In this document: positions 1 to 7,822 of the stretch, in pieces
Numbering within the stretch: the first letter of the stretch is position 1
Layout: each line of letters begins with the position of its first letter
Assembly: GCA_035483045.1 (NCBI GenBank)
Contig: DATHQD010000035.1
Location: 35,921 to 99,920, forward strand
DNA length: 64,000 nt
Reading direction: 5' to 3'
DNA from: Terriglobales bacterium
GTDB taxonomy: Bacteria; Acidobacteriota; Terriglobia; Terriglobales; Acidobacteriaceae
Made by a program: the position numbers and the translations under genes
The notes under the pieces: model-generated
The model's database searches: none
Told to the model about the DNA's origin: nothing
Seen by the model: only the letters and a program-made list of their open reading frames with translations

Positions 1-26
1 TAAGGTGTTGCCGATAATATCCTTAG

Positions 27-1097
27 ATGTCCGTTGCTTCACCCGATTTGAGGTGCTCAACCCAAGTAAAACGATGCAGGTTCCAATCCGCCCAATGGGT
101 TGGCGCGCTATTCATTGCCATTCACCTCTTAATGGCCGCAACCGCCCACGCCCAGGGCGGACCACCCTTCCGCACCGACGACCCCGAAACCCCCGGCAAC
201 AAGCATTGGGAAATCAACTTCGGCTGGATCGGCGACCGCAATCCCGCCGACGGCGCCTATCAGGTCCCCGACTTCGATTTCAACTACGGTCTTGGCGACC
301 GCATTCAGTTGAAGTACGAACTTCCCATCGCCATCGAAGAAACCCGCCCGCAGCCCGCGACCCCACCCGCCCCCGCAGTCCAAGGCCAGGTCATCGGCGG
401 CCTGGGCGAAAGCCTCCTCGGAATCAAGTGGCGTTTCTACGAACATCATCCAAAAGATCCCTGGCTCAAAGATCGCTTCGGCACTGGACTCCCCGCCGTC
501 TTCGGCCATCACGCAGATACAGATAAAGACCAAACCGAGCCCGCCGCGGCCTCCGGCGACTCCCCCGGAGAAGAAGACTCTCCCGAATCCGTAGTCAACT
601 TGAGCGTATCAACCTATCCGCAATTATTTCTCAACAACCCCACGCGTGCCGTCGAGCGCGGCTTAGTAGCCTCCGGCCCCACTTTCTTTCTTCCCCTCGA
701 AGTCAACGGTCGCATCGGCCCTATACGATTGCTAGGCGAGGTCGGCTACAACTTCGGTAACCACTCCGTCCCTCAGAGTTGGGGACGCGGCTTATTGGTT
801 GGCCATGAATTCAGCGATCGCACCGAGGCTTACCTCGAACTCTACGACGTCCAGGACGCGAACCGCATTCCTCCCGGCCTGGGTGTGGGAAATTTCGCCA
901 CCGGTTATCCCAAGCAGCGCGAAACCACAATTGGCCTGGGTGGAAGACAAGCTCTCAACAAAGCGAAAACTCTAAACCTGCTCCTAATGGGAGGCCGCAG
1001 CTTCCAAACCATCACCACCACCAACGGCCAGCCCAGTTGGATCGCCTACGTCGGATTTCAGGTTCTCCTAGGCCCGAAAGAACCAGCCACACCTTAG
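27..1097 (+). CDS. putative outer-membrane beta-barrel protein (MetA-phenol-degradation-like transporter family), signal peptide
   Basis: 356-aa ORF. Hydrophobic N-terminus ends in AHAQG and is followed by GPPFRTDDPETPG. The Gly/aromatic pattern looks beta-strand-like. Family assigned from memory only. Confidence 0.45.
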   Translation: MSVASPDLRCSTQVKRCRFQSAQWVGALFIAIHLLMAATAHAQGGPPFRTDDPETPGNKHWEINFGWIGDRNPADGAYQVPDFDFNYGLGDRIQLKYELPIAIEETRPQPATPPAPAVQGQVIGGLGESLLGIKWRFYEHHPKDPWLKDRFGTGLPAVFGHHADTDKDQTEPAAASGDSPGEEDSPESVVNLSVSTYPQLFLNNPTRAVERGLVASGPTFFLPLEVNGRIGPIRLLGEVGYNFGNHSVPQSWGRGLLVGHEFSDRTEAYLELYDVQDANRIPPGLGVGNFATGYPKQRETTIGLGGRQALNKAKTLNLLLMGGRSFQTITTTNGQPSWIAYVGFQVLLGPKEPATP

Positions 1098-1110
1098 CCT
1101 TTGGAAGGCC

Positions 1111-1157
1111 GGGTGCCCCATCCTTAACGTCGCGCTCTTTGCGACGTTAGGGTGGGG
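1111..1157 (+). repeat. REP-A copy (GGGTGCCCC-first orientation)
   Basis: GGGTGCCCCATCCTTAACGTCGCGCTCTTTGCGACGTTAGGGTGGGG forms an imperfect hairpin. Confidence 0.8.
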
Positions 1158-1243
1158 AATTTGATCTCACATCTAGAAGCGACGGGAATCCAACTGCGCC
1201 TTCGGGCGCTGAGGCCCATTCCGCCGCCGGCAAACTTCCCACC

Positions 1244-2305
1244 CTACTTCCGCCCCACAACAATCACTTCAAAACTATCCGGCAGCACAGTCGGCCGCGG
1301 ATGCGGCATCTGCGCCGTCGCCTCCGGAGCCGGCCCAAACTTCGCCGTCACCAGATAAACGCGATCCTTCGCGTCGTCGTAAGTCATCGTCCGCGCCCCG
1401 CGCGCCGTCGGCAGCTCTTCGATAGCCTTATATCCGTTCGCCGCGTCCACCACCGTCAACGAGCCCGCTCCATTCGAGCTGAACGCCAGCTGATGCTTCG
1501 CGCTGAAATTCGCCGCATCCGGCCCTTCGCCAATATCCGCCGTCGCAATCTGCTTCCCGCTATCCGCATCGACCACCGCCATTTTCTTCCCATCGCAAAC
1601 CGCAAACAGCTTCCGATGCTCGCGATCCATAGCCAGCCCAGACGGCGACTCGCAATTTTCCAGCTTCCACGTGGCGGTTATCTTCCGCGCCTTCGCATCA
1701 AAGCGCACAATCTCATTAGCCGTCTCGATATTGTCGTAAACCGAACCCTTACCATCCGCAACCGCAAACTCCGGCTTCCCCGGAACGTCAATCGTCGCGA
1801 CCACCTGATTCGTCGCCGCATCAATCACCGTGACGTTGCTGCTGCGCCCGTTGAAAGCCCACACGCTCTTGGTCGACGGATCAAACACAATCCCATCCGG
1901 ATTAGTTCCCGCCGCGATCGTAGTAACGGTCTGAAAGGTGTGCCGGTCAAATACCACAACGTTGTTGCTCCCGCCGTCGCTGATGTAACCGAATTTCCCC
2001 TGCTCATCCAGCGCAACCCCGTGCGTCCCCTTCATCCCCATGATCGCTCCGACCGCCTTGCCCGTATCCGTATCGATCACTTCCACCCGCGGCCCGTGCG
2101 TGACATAAACAAGATGATTAGCCGAGTCGGCCAGCAGATAATCCCAACCGCCCGTGCCACCAATTTTCCAGTGATCCAATATCTGATACGGCTGTTGCGC
2201 CGCCGCCGAGGCACCCAACATCCCAACGCACGCAGCGATTGCGCCGACTAACCCTACCCCGACAAGAACAAAGCGGTTGACCATATTCATAGTTTTCCTA
2301 TCCAC
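1244..2305 (-). CDS. YncE-like beta-propeller repeat protein (YVTN-type repeats), secreted
   Basis: 353-aa ORF with a signal peptide and repeated ~40-aa units (YVTHGPRVEVIDTDTGK, VVVFDRHTFQ, VTVIDAATNQVV). Confidence 0.7.
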   Translation of the reverse strand: MDRKTMNMVNRFVLVGVGLVGAIAACVGMLGASAAAQQPYQILDHWKIGGTGGWDYLLADSANHLVYVTHGPRVEVIDTDTGKAVGAIMGMKGTHGVALDEQGKFGYISDGGSNNVVVFDRHTFQTVTTIAAGTNPDGIVFDPSTKSVWAFNGRSSNVTVIDAATNQVVATIDVPGKPEFAVADGKGSVYDNIETANEIVRFDAKARKITATWKLENCESPSGLAMDREHRKLFAVCDGKKMAVVDADSGKQIATADIGEGPDAANFSAKHQLAFSSNGAGSLTVVDAANGYKAIEELPTARGARTMTYDDAKDRVYLVTAKFGPAPEATAQMPHPRPTVLPDSFEVIVVGRK

Positions 2306-2360
2306 CTCAGATGTGTGTACGCCCTACTTTCTACCACGACGACCTTAAAATTTGCTGAAA

Positions 2361-2728
2361 CCGAGGGTGCCCCATCCTTCCCGCGCACTTCGCGGGAGGG
2401 TGGGCCGCGAATTCTTTATTCACCCCACCGTCGACAGCCTCACAATAGTCAGCGTGCCTTAGCGCCCTTCGTGTACACAACCAAACCCGAGGGTGCCCCA
2501 TCCTTCCCGCGCACTTTGCGGGAGGGTGGGCCGCGAAATTCTCTATTCACCCCACCGTCGACAGCCTCACAATAGTCAGCGTGCCTTAGCGCCCTTCGTG
2601 TACACAACCAAACCCGAGGGTGCCCCATCCTTCCCGCGCACTTCGCGGGAGGGTGGGCCGCGAAATTCGCCGAATCACTCCGCTGTCGGCAGCCTCACAA
2701 TAATCAACGTCCCGCGCCCTGCTTCACT
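2361..2728. repeat. tandem repeat, 126-127 bp unit x ~2.9; each unit is a degenerate histidine-kinase 3-prime end plus REP-A
   Basis: Unit starts (CCGAGGGTGCCCC) are at 2361, 2487 and 2614. REP-A hairpins lie at 2365-2405, 2491-2531 and 2618-2658. On the minus strand the unit tails read GTLTIVRLSTVG*, against the real kinase end GTLIIVRLPTAE*. Confidence 0.9.
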
Positions 2729-4084
2729 CTCGACCGCAATGGTCCCGTGCGACCTCTCTACAATCGCCTTGCATATCGCCAATCCCAACCCGGTTCCTCC
2801 GCTTTGCCGGCCGCGCGACCCGTCTGTCCTATAGAAGCGCTCAAAAATATGCGCCTGCGCGCTCTCCGGAATTCCATCCCCCCGGTCCGCCACCCGCATC
2901 TCCGCCGTCCCATTCTGCGCCGTCAAAGAAACCGTAACCTCCGCCCCAGCCGGACTATGCTGCACCGCATTCATCAAAAGATTGGAACTTAAAATCTCGG
3001 CATCGCTAGCCTGGACACTCACAAGGCACGCCCCGTCTCCAATGACGCCGATCTTAACCTGATTAGCCTCCGCCAACGGCTTCAGCCGCTGAGCCAGCAA
3101 TCGCACCGTGATTCCCAGGTCAACCACCTCCGCCGGCTTTTCTCCTTCTTCCTCAATCCGCGCCAGCGCCAGCATCCGTTCCGTCAGTTCCTCCATGCGC
3201 TGTATGTCGATGGTCAGATCCCTCAGTCCCGCTTCATACTCCTCCGCATTCCGCCGCCCCATCGTCAACAATTGCAGACTCGACTTCAGCAGCGTGAGCG
3301 AAGTCTTCAACTCATGCGCCGCATCGCCCGTGAATCGCCGCTGCCGCTCGAACGCTTCCCGCAATCCCCCGAGCAACTGCCGCATCGACAAAATGATCGG
3401 ATTCAACTCGCGCGTCCGCAGCGCATTCTCCGTCGGCGCGAACTCCCACGATGTAACCGATACCCGCGACGCACTCAGCGCCAGCTCCCGCAACGGCGCC
3501 AGCCATCGCCCTAAAAGCCACGCCAGCACTGCTCCCGTAACCGCCAGCAGCAGCACGCTCGTCAGAACATAAAACCGAGCCGCCTCCACCACCTCACGAA
3601 AAAGACGCCGCGTCGGAGCTCCATAAATCAGCGTAACCGGCCGCCGCGTCCCCCCATTCTCCAGCCGGTCAATCACCCGCACGCCTTCCGTACGAAGCAC
3701 CCGATAATGAACTCGCCCCACCTTAATATCGAAATATCCTTCGCTTTGCGATAATCGCTGCGACGCCCCAGGCCCGCGCAGTGCCCGCGCGTCCGCATTC
3801 TCCGACTCCCCCAACAGCCGCCCCGTCGGACTCAACACCTCATAAATATCCTCGTCCGGCAGCACCAGTTCGCTGCGGTCCACTGTCACATTTGCCTCCG
3901 GATCGTCCGCATCCTGCACCGCTCCCAGCAACGAATCCGCGCGCCCCCGCAACATGACGTCGAACGCTCGCCGCCGCACATGCATCTCATGCACAATCGC
4001 TACCACCGCAAATCCAGCCGCGCACAACGACTCCGCCAGCAGCACTGCAACAATCAGCCGTCGCGTCAGCGATCGCATCCTCAT
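2675..4084 (-). CDS. two-component sensor histidine kinase (HAMP/HisKA/HATPase)
   Basis: H-box AAHELKTSLT, N-box NLLMNAVQHS, G1 DRGDGIP and G2 GGTGLGLAI, plus two TM segments. Confidence 0.9.
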   Translation of the reverse strand: MRMRSLTRRLIVAVLLAESLCAAGFAVVAIVHEMHVRRRAFDVMLRGRADSLLGAVQDADDPEANVTVDRSELVLPDEDIYEVLSPTGRLLGESENADARALRGPGASQRLSQSEGYFDIKVGRVHYRVLRTEGVRVIDRLENGGTRRPVTLIYGAPTRRLFREVVEAARFYVLTSVLLLAVTGAVLAWLLGRWLAPLRELALSASRVSVTSWEFAPTENALRTRELNPIILSMRQLLGGLREAFERQRRFTGDAAHELKTSLTLLKSSLQLLTMGRRNAEEYEAGLRDLTIDIQRMEELTERMLALARIEEEGEKPAEVVDLGITVRLLAQRLKPLAEANQVKIGVIGDGACLVSVQASDAEILSSNLLMNAVQHSPAGAEVTVSLTAQNGTAEMRVADRGDGIPESAQAHIFERFYRTDGSRGRQSGGTGLGLAICKAIVERSHGTIAVESEAGRGTLIIVRLPTAE

Positions 4085-4092
4085 AACTTCAG

Positions 4093-4779
4093 CTATAACT
4101 TCGGCTCCGGAGCTTCCAACCTGTAACCGCGCCCCCGCACCGTCTCCACCGTCGCCTCTTCACCCGCCGCCCGCAGCCGCTTTCGCAGGTTCGACACATG
4201 CGCTTCAATCACGTTCGAATGATGTTCCCACGTGTAATCGTAAAGATGCTCCAGCAGCTCCCGCTTCGACACAATCGCCCGCGGACGAAACATCAGATAC
4301 TCCAGAATTCGATACTCCGTCGGCGAAAGATCGATCAACTGCCCGCCGCATCGCACCGTCTGCTCCACCGCATTCATGCTGAGCCGCCCCACCGTCAGCA
4401 AAGAATCCGCCGCACCCTTTCCCCGCCGGATCAGCGCCTTCACCCGGGCAATCAATTCGCCCAGATCAAACGGCTTCGTCAGATAGTCGTCAGCCCCCGC
4501 ATTCAAAAGCGTCACCACATGTCTCCGCTCATCCCGAGCCGTCAGCACCAGAATAGGAGTTCGATCGCCGCGCGCGCGCACCCGCCGCACAATACTCAGC
4601 CCATCAAGCACCGGCAGCATCAAATCCAAAAGCAGCAAATCATAGTGCTCCGATTCCGCCAGCGCCAACCCCTCCCGCCCATCGTGCGCACAATCCACCG
4701 CAACCCCGGCCCCCTGCCGGAGCGCCGCAGCTATATTCGCCGCCAGCCGAACTTCATCCTCAACAATTAAGACCCGCAT
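4093..4779 (-). CDS. OmpR-family response regulator
   Basis: Receiver domain (MRVLIVEDE..DLLLLDLMLP..TKPF) plus a winged-helix C-terminus (GYRL). Lies 8 bp upstream of the kinase. Confidence 0.9.
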   Translation of the reverse strand: MRVLIVEDEVRLAANIAAALRQGAGVAVDCAHDGREGLALAESEHYDLLLLDLMLPVLDGLSIVRRVRARGDRTPILVLTARDERRHVVTLLNAGADDYLTKPFDLGELIARVKALIRRGKGAADSLLTVGRLSMNAVEQTVRCGGQLIDLSPTEYRILEYLMFRPRAIVSKRELLEHLYDYTWEHHSNVIEAHVSNLRKRLRAAGEEATVETVRGRGYRLEAPEPKL

Positions 4780-4818
4780 TCAGCGATCAGAACCCTTTGG
4801 GCCGTACCGGACTCCACT

Positions 4819-6396
4819 TTACTTCCCAATGCAAAACGTCCCGAAAATTAGATTAAGTATGTCGTCGCTAGTAGTCGCCCCAGTAATTTCGTCAAGTGGC
4901 CGCAACGCTCCATACAAATCAAGCAGCAACATTTCATGCGGAACGCGTAATCCCACCGCCCCAATCGCCGCCTCCAGCGCGCCCAGCGCATCACTAACAA
5001 GTTTCTGATGCCGAACGCTGGTAAGAAAACCAGCCTCCGCCTGCCCACCAGGATCCCCACCGAGATGCCCCAAAATGGCCGCCCGCAACTCAGCAATCCC
5101 CGCCCCACTAACCGCCGAAGTAGAAATCCGCACCACCGGCTCACCCGCCAAACCCACATCCAAACATTCACCGTCGCCCGCCACGTGCCCACCGTCGCCC
5201 GCCAAACTCACGTAGGGGCAGACGCCCTCGTCTGCCCGAGCCGGGCGAAGCCCGGCAGCGCTCTCCCCCAATCCGCCAATAAGATCGCTCTTGTTCTCGA
5301 CAACAATCGCCGCTCGACCCGTAACCCGCCTGAGTAACTCCCTATCTTCCTCACTTACCACCTGCGAAGCATCAATAACCACTAGCACTAAGTCCGCGTC
5401 CGCCAGCGCCTCCATCGACTTCTTGATCCCTATACTCTCCGCTTCATCCAGTGCCCGCCGAATCCCAGCCGTGTCCACCAGTTCCACAGGAATTCCACCG
5501 ATCGCCACCGTCTCGCTCACTAGATCTCGCGTAGTCCCCGGCTGCGCCGTCACAATCGCTCGCTCCCGCTCCACCAGCCGATTAAACAAACTCGACTTCC
5601 CCACATTCGGACGCCCCACAATCGCCAGCGTCAGCCCCTCACGCACAATCTGTCCATACGCAAAACTAGCCGCCAGCTCCACCAGCGGCGTCTTCACCTG
5701 CCCGATGCGCTCCACAATCGTAGCGTCCGGAGCCACCGATACATCGTCGTCCGCAAAATCAATCCCCGCCTCCAGCAGCGCAATCAAATCCACCAACTTC
5801 TGCTTAATCGGCTTCAGCCGATTCGAAAGCGCGCCCTCCAGTTGCTGCGCCGCCACCTTAGCCTGAAAAAGCGTCTGCGAATCAATCAAATCCCGGACCG
5901 CCTCCGCCTGCGTCAAATCAATCCGCCCGTTAAGAAACGCGCGCATAGTAAATTCGCCCGGCTCCGCCAGCCGCGCCCCGCCAGCCATCGCCATCTCAAC
6001 AACATGCCGCAAAACCACCGGCGACCCATGCGCCGAAATCTCCACAATATCGTCGGTAGTATAAGAATGAGGCGCAGCAAAAAAAGTAACCACCACCTCA
6101 TCAATCCGCGATTGCGGTTCGATCAATACTCGCGTAGGGGCAGGTGTCCCCACCTGCTCAGCCGAGCGAAGCTCGGCAAAAAGGCCGGCGTCCGTAGAAA
6201 TCCCCGCGTCCGCTAAGCTCGGCCCGCCAGCCTCCACCAGATCACACCGAACCGCCCGTCCCGCTTCCCACTCCCGCCCGAGCCGCAGCATCCGACCCGC
6301 AATACCCCGCGCCTCCGGCCCCGCCAGCCGCACCACGCCAATCCCTCCGCGCCCCGGAGGCGTAGCAATCGCCACAATCGTGTCATCAAGATTCAT
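4819..6396 (-). CDS. mnmE: tRNA modification GTPase MnmE (TrmE), 525 aa with two in-frame REP-B-containing insertions
   Basis: N-terminus [20 protein letters not shown]-domain [12 protein letters not shown] and DTAGIR, C-terminal FCIGK. About 70 aa longer than the E. coli protein as I recall it (454 aa). Confidence 0.95.
   Translation of the reverse strand: MNLDDTIVAIATPPGRGGIGVVRLAGPEARGIAGRMLRLGREWEAGRAVRCDLVEAGGPSLADAGISTDAGLFAELRSAEQVGTPAPTRVLIEPQSRIDEVVVTFFAAPHSYTTDDIVEISAHGSPVVLRHVVEMAMAGGARLAEPGEFTMRAFLNGRIDLTQAEAVRDLIDSQTLFQAKVAAQQLEGALSNRLKPIKQKLVDLIALLEAGIDFADDDVSVAPDATIVERIGQVKTPLVELAASFAYGQIVREGLTLAIVGRPNVGKSSLFNRLVERERAIVTAQPGTTRDLVSETVAIGGIPVELVDTAGIRRALDEAESIGIKKSMEALADADLVLVVIDASQVVSEEDRELLRRVTGRAAIVVENKSDLIGGLGESAAGLRPARADEGVCPYVSLAGDGGHVAGDGECLDVGLAGEPVVRISTSAVSGAGIAELRAAILGHLGGDPGGQAEAGFLTSVRHQKLVSDALGALEAAIGAVGLRVPHEMLLLDLYGALRPLDEITGATTSDDILNLIFGTFCIGK
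5212..5256 (+). repeat. REP-B copy inside mnmE (forward)
   Basis: GTAGGGGCAGACGCCCTCGTCTGCCCGAGCCGGGCGAAGCCCGGC. Translated in the mnmE frame it reads [13 protein letters not shown]. Confidence 0.85.
6134..6177 (+). repeat. REP-B copy inside mnmE (forward)
   Basis: GTAGGGGCAGGTGTCCCCACCTGCTCAGCCGAGCGAAGCTCGGC. Translated in frame it reads [16 protein letters not shown]. Confidence 0.85.
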
Positions 6397-6448
6397 AGCA
6401 ACGATTCACCGAGTATAGCCAGAACTCCCGGCATCCCCATTCTTGAAT

Positions 6449-6480
6449 TGTCATCCTGAGCGCAGCCGAAGGGACCCCCA
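6449..6480 (+). repeat. REP-C short form (forward)
   Basis: TGTCATCCTGAGCGCAGCCGAAGGGACCCC. Confidence 0.7.
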
Positions 6481-6666
6481 CTCAACCTGACTCTCCTCTC
6501 GCCAAACGCTGTTAGTAGACATTCCATACAGTTAGCTTTTCTCGGCGTCCCGGCGGTGAAAACAATCTACAATCACCTCACCCCCGTTTGCCGCATCCGC
6601 CGCCCCTCATTTATACTTACTGTTTGCCATAAGCCATCTGTATCACTCAGGAGCAAGAGACTTTCG

Positions 6667-6822
6667 ATGCCGAAACGTACATTTCAACCTAACAAGCGCA
6701 AGCGCTCCAAGAAGCACGGGTTCCGTACCCGCATGAAGACCAAGAACGGAGCCGCCGTACTCTCGCGCCGCCGCGCCAAAGGCCGCAAGCGTGTTTCCGT
6801 GGCCCCGGGTTTCCGCGACTAA
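6667..6822 (+). CDS. rpmH: 50S ribosomal protein L34
   Basis: [44 protein letters not shown]. Uses the internal ATG at 6667 of track ORF 6556..6822. Confidence 0.95.
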   Translation: MPKRTFQPNKRKRSKKHGFRTRMKTKNGAAVLSRRRAKGRKRVSVAPGFRD

Positions 6823-6891
6823 TTTTCTCCCGACGGACAGCAAAGGCCGTCATTATCATTAATATCTGTCGTCATAGTCGTAACCAACATT

Positions 6892-7347
6892 GTGCAGGAT
6901 TGTGAGCTGGTGACCGCCGACGCTCCCAACCGGAGTGTAGAGCAGCCCGCGACCATCGTCGCAGCTGGCTTCTCCCGTGTCGCGCGCCTGCTGAAACATT
7001 CCGACTTCGATCGCGTATACAAACAGGGGCGGCGCCATTTTTCATCCCATCTGACCGTCTTTTATTTGCGGCGGGCAGATGCCATTTTGGATGTCGCCTT
7101 AACCAACGACGTAACGCGCGTCGGCTTCACCGTCGGTCGCGCCCTGGGAGGCGCAGTCGATCGCAACCGTATCAAGCGGCGCCTCCGCGAAGCAGTTCGC
7201 CAGCGCCGCACACTGTTGGCGGGCACCAGCCCCGTCGACGTAGTCATCAATCCAAAGAAGTCGGTGCTAACACTCGACTTCTCGATAGTGTTGCAGGAAG
7301 TGAGCCAGGCCTTCGAGGCAGTAGCGAAAAAGCTGGCCAGAAAATAA
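6892..7347 (+). CDS. rnpA: ribonuclease P protein component
   Basis: RLLKHSDFDRVYKQGRR..IKRRLREAV motifs, positioned after rpmH. The GTG start is uncertain. Confidence 0.85.
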   Translation: MQDCELVTADAPNRSVEQPATIVAAGFSRVARLLKHSDFDRVYKQGRRHFSSHLTVFYLRRADAILDVALTNDVTRVGFTVGRALGGAVDRNRIKRRLREAVRQRRTLLAGTSPVDVVINPKKSVLTLDFSIVLQEVSQAFEAVAKKLARK

Positions 7348-7821
7348 ATGCAGAAGTCTGACATCGAAGTAAGAGAAAAGACACGCGTAGAGCCTGCCCT
7401 GAGCTTGTCGAAGGGTGCCCACGCTCGCCCATCTCGCGTAGGGGCAGGTGCCCTCACCTGCCCGGCCGAGCGCAAGCTCGGCCCCCGCCAAGTAGCCCTG
7501 GCCCTCCTCCAACTCTACAAGCGCTGGATTTCCCCAGCCCTGCCACCCTCCTGCCGCTACGTCCCGACCTGCTCCGAATACGCAATGGAAGCAGTCGAAC
7601 GCTATGGCGCACTTCGCGGCGGATTACTAGCACTCTGGCGCTTACTACGCTGCCACCCCTTCGCCAAAGGCGGACTGGATCCCGTAGTTACAAAAACTCT
7701 GTCATCCCGACCGAAGCGGATCATCGCGAAAGCGATGATCTGCGCAGCGGAGGGACCTTGCGTCTCCCCCCGCCTATATCTAGACGTCAACCATTCAACC
7801 AAAGAAATGACGAGCAACTGA
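7348..7821 (+). CDS. yidD: membrane protein insertion efficiency factor YidD with REP-derived N- and C-terminal extensions
   Basis: The core (LYKRWISPALPPSCRYVPTCSEYAMEAV..RCHPFAKGGLDPV) spans about 7486-7686. Upstream of the core the only in-frame starts are ATG 7348 and TTG 7405. Confidence 0.75.
   Translation: MQKSDIEVREKTRVEPALSLSKGAHARPSRVGAGALTCPAERKLGPRQVALALLQLYKRWISPALPPSCRYVPTCSEYAMEAVERYGALRGGLLALWRLLRCHPFAKGGLDPVVTKTLSSRPKRIIAKAMICAAEGPCVSPRLYLDVNHSTKEMTSN
7387..7482 (+). repeat. REP-B long+short composite (forward) inside the yidD 5-prime region
   Basis: GTAGAGCCTGCCCTGAGCTTGTCGAAGGGTGCCC...GTAGGGGCAGGTGCCCTCACCTGCCCGGCCGAGCGCAAGCTCGGC. Confidence 0.85.
7700..7762 (+). repeat. 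REP-C variant (forward) inside the yidD 3-prime region
   Basis: TGTCATCCCGACCGAAGCGGATCATCGCGAAAGCGATGATCTGCGCAGCGGAGGGACCTTGCG. Confidence 0.75.
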
Positions 7822-7822
7822 A

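Noticed and set aside
1301-2251. 316-aa + strand ORF antisense to the YVTN-repeat gene. Similar cases are 10701..11639(-), 17068..17853(+), 38462..39064(+), 41348..42124(+), 45128..45979(+), 48795..49397(-), 51320..51886(-), 51902..52498(-), 52117..52836(+), 52922..53458(-) and 34369..34989(-).
   Set aside because: All are low-complexity (Arg/His/Pro-rich or Gly-rich) and antisense or out of frame to genes with strong family motifs. Their amino-acid bias simply tracks the local strand skew.
2361-2728. CRISPR-like regular spacing of a palindromic repeat
   Set aside because: The intervening 'spacers' are near-identical copies of each other and of the kinase 3-prime end. The ~126-bp period is too long and no cas genes are present. 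It is a tandem duplication.
2315-2834. Track ORFs 2315..2575 and 2493..2834 (GAPSFPRTSREGGP repeats). Similar cases are 54818..55237, 54758..55150, 49941..50135, 29189..29548, 23136..23465 and 7062..7512.
   Set aside because: These are translations of REP elements. They are repeated at the DNA level across intergenic spacers and show no independent coding signal.
6556-6666. N-terminal extension of rpmH in the 88-aa track ORF
   Set aside because: L34 is a ~45-50-aa protein that starts [15 protein letters not shown], and the internal ATG at 6667 gives exactly that. The upstream part has no support.
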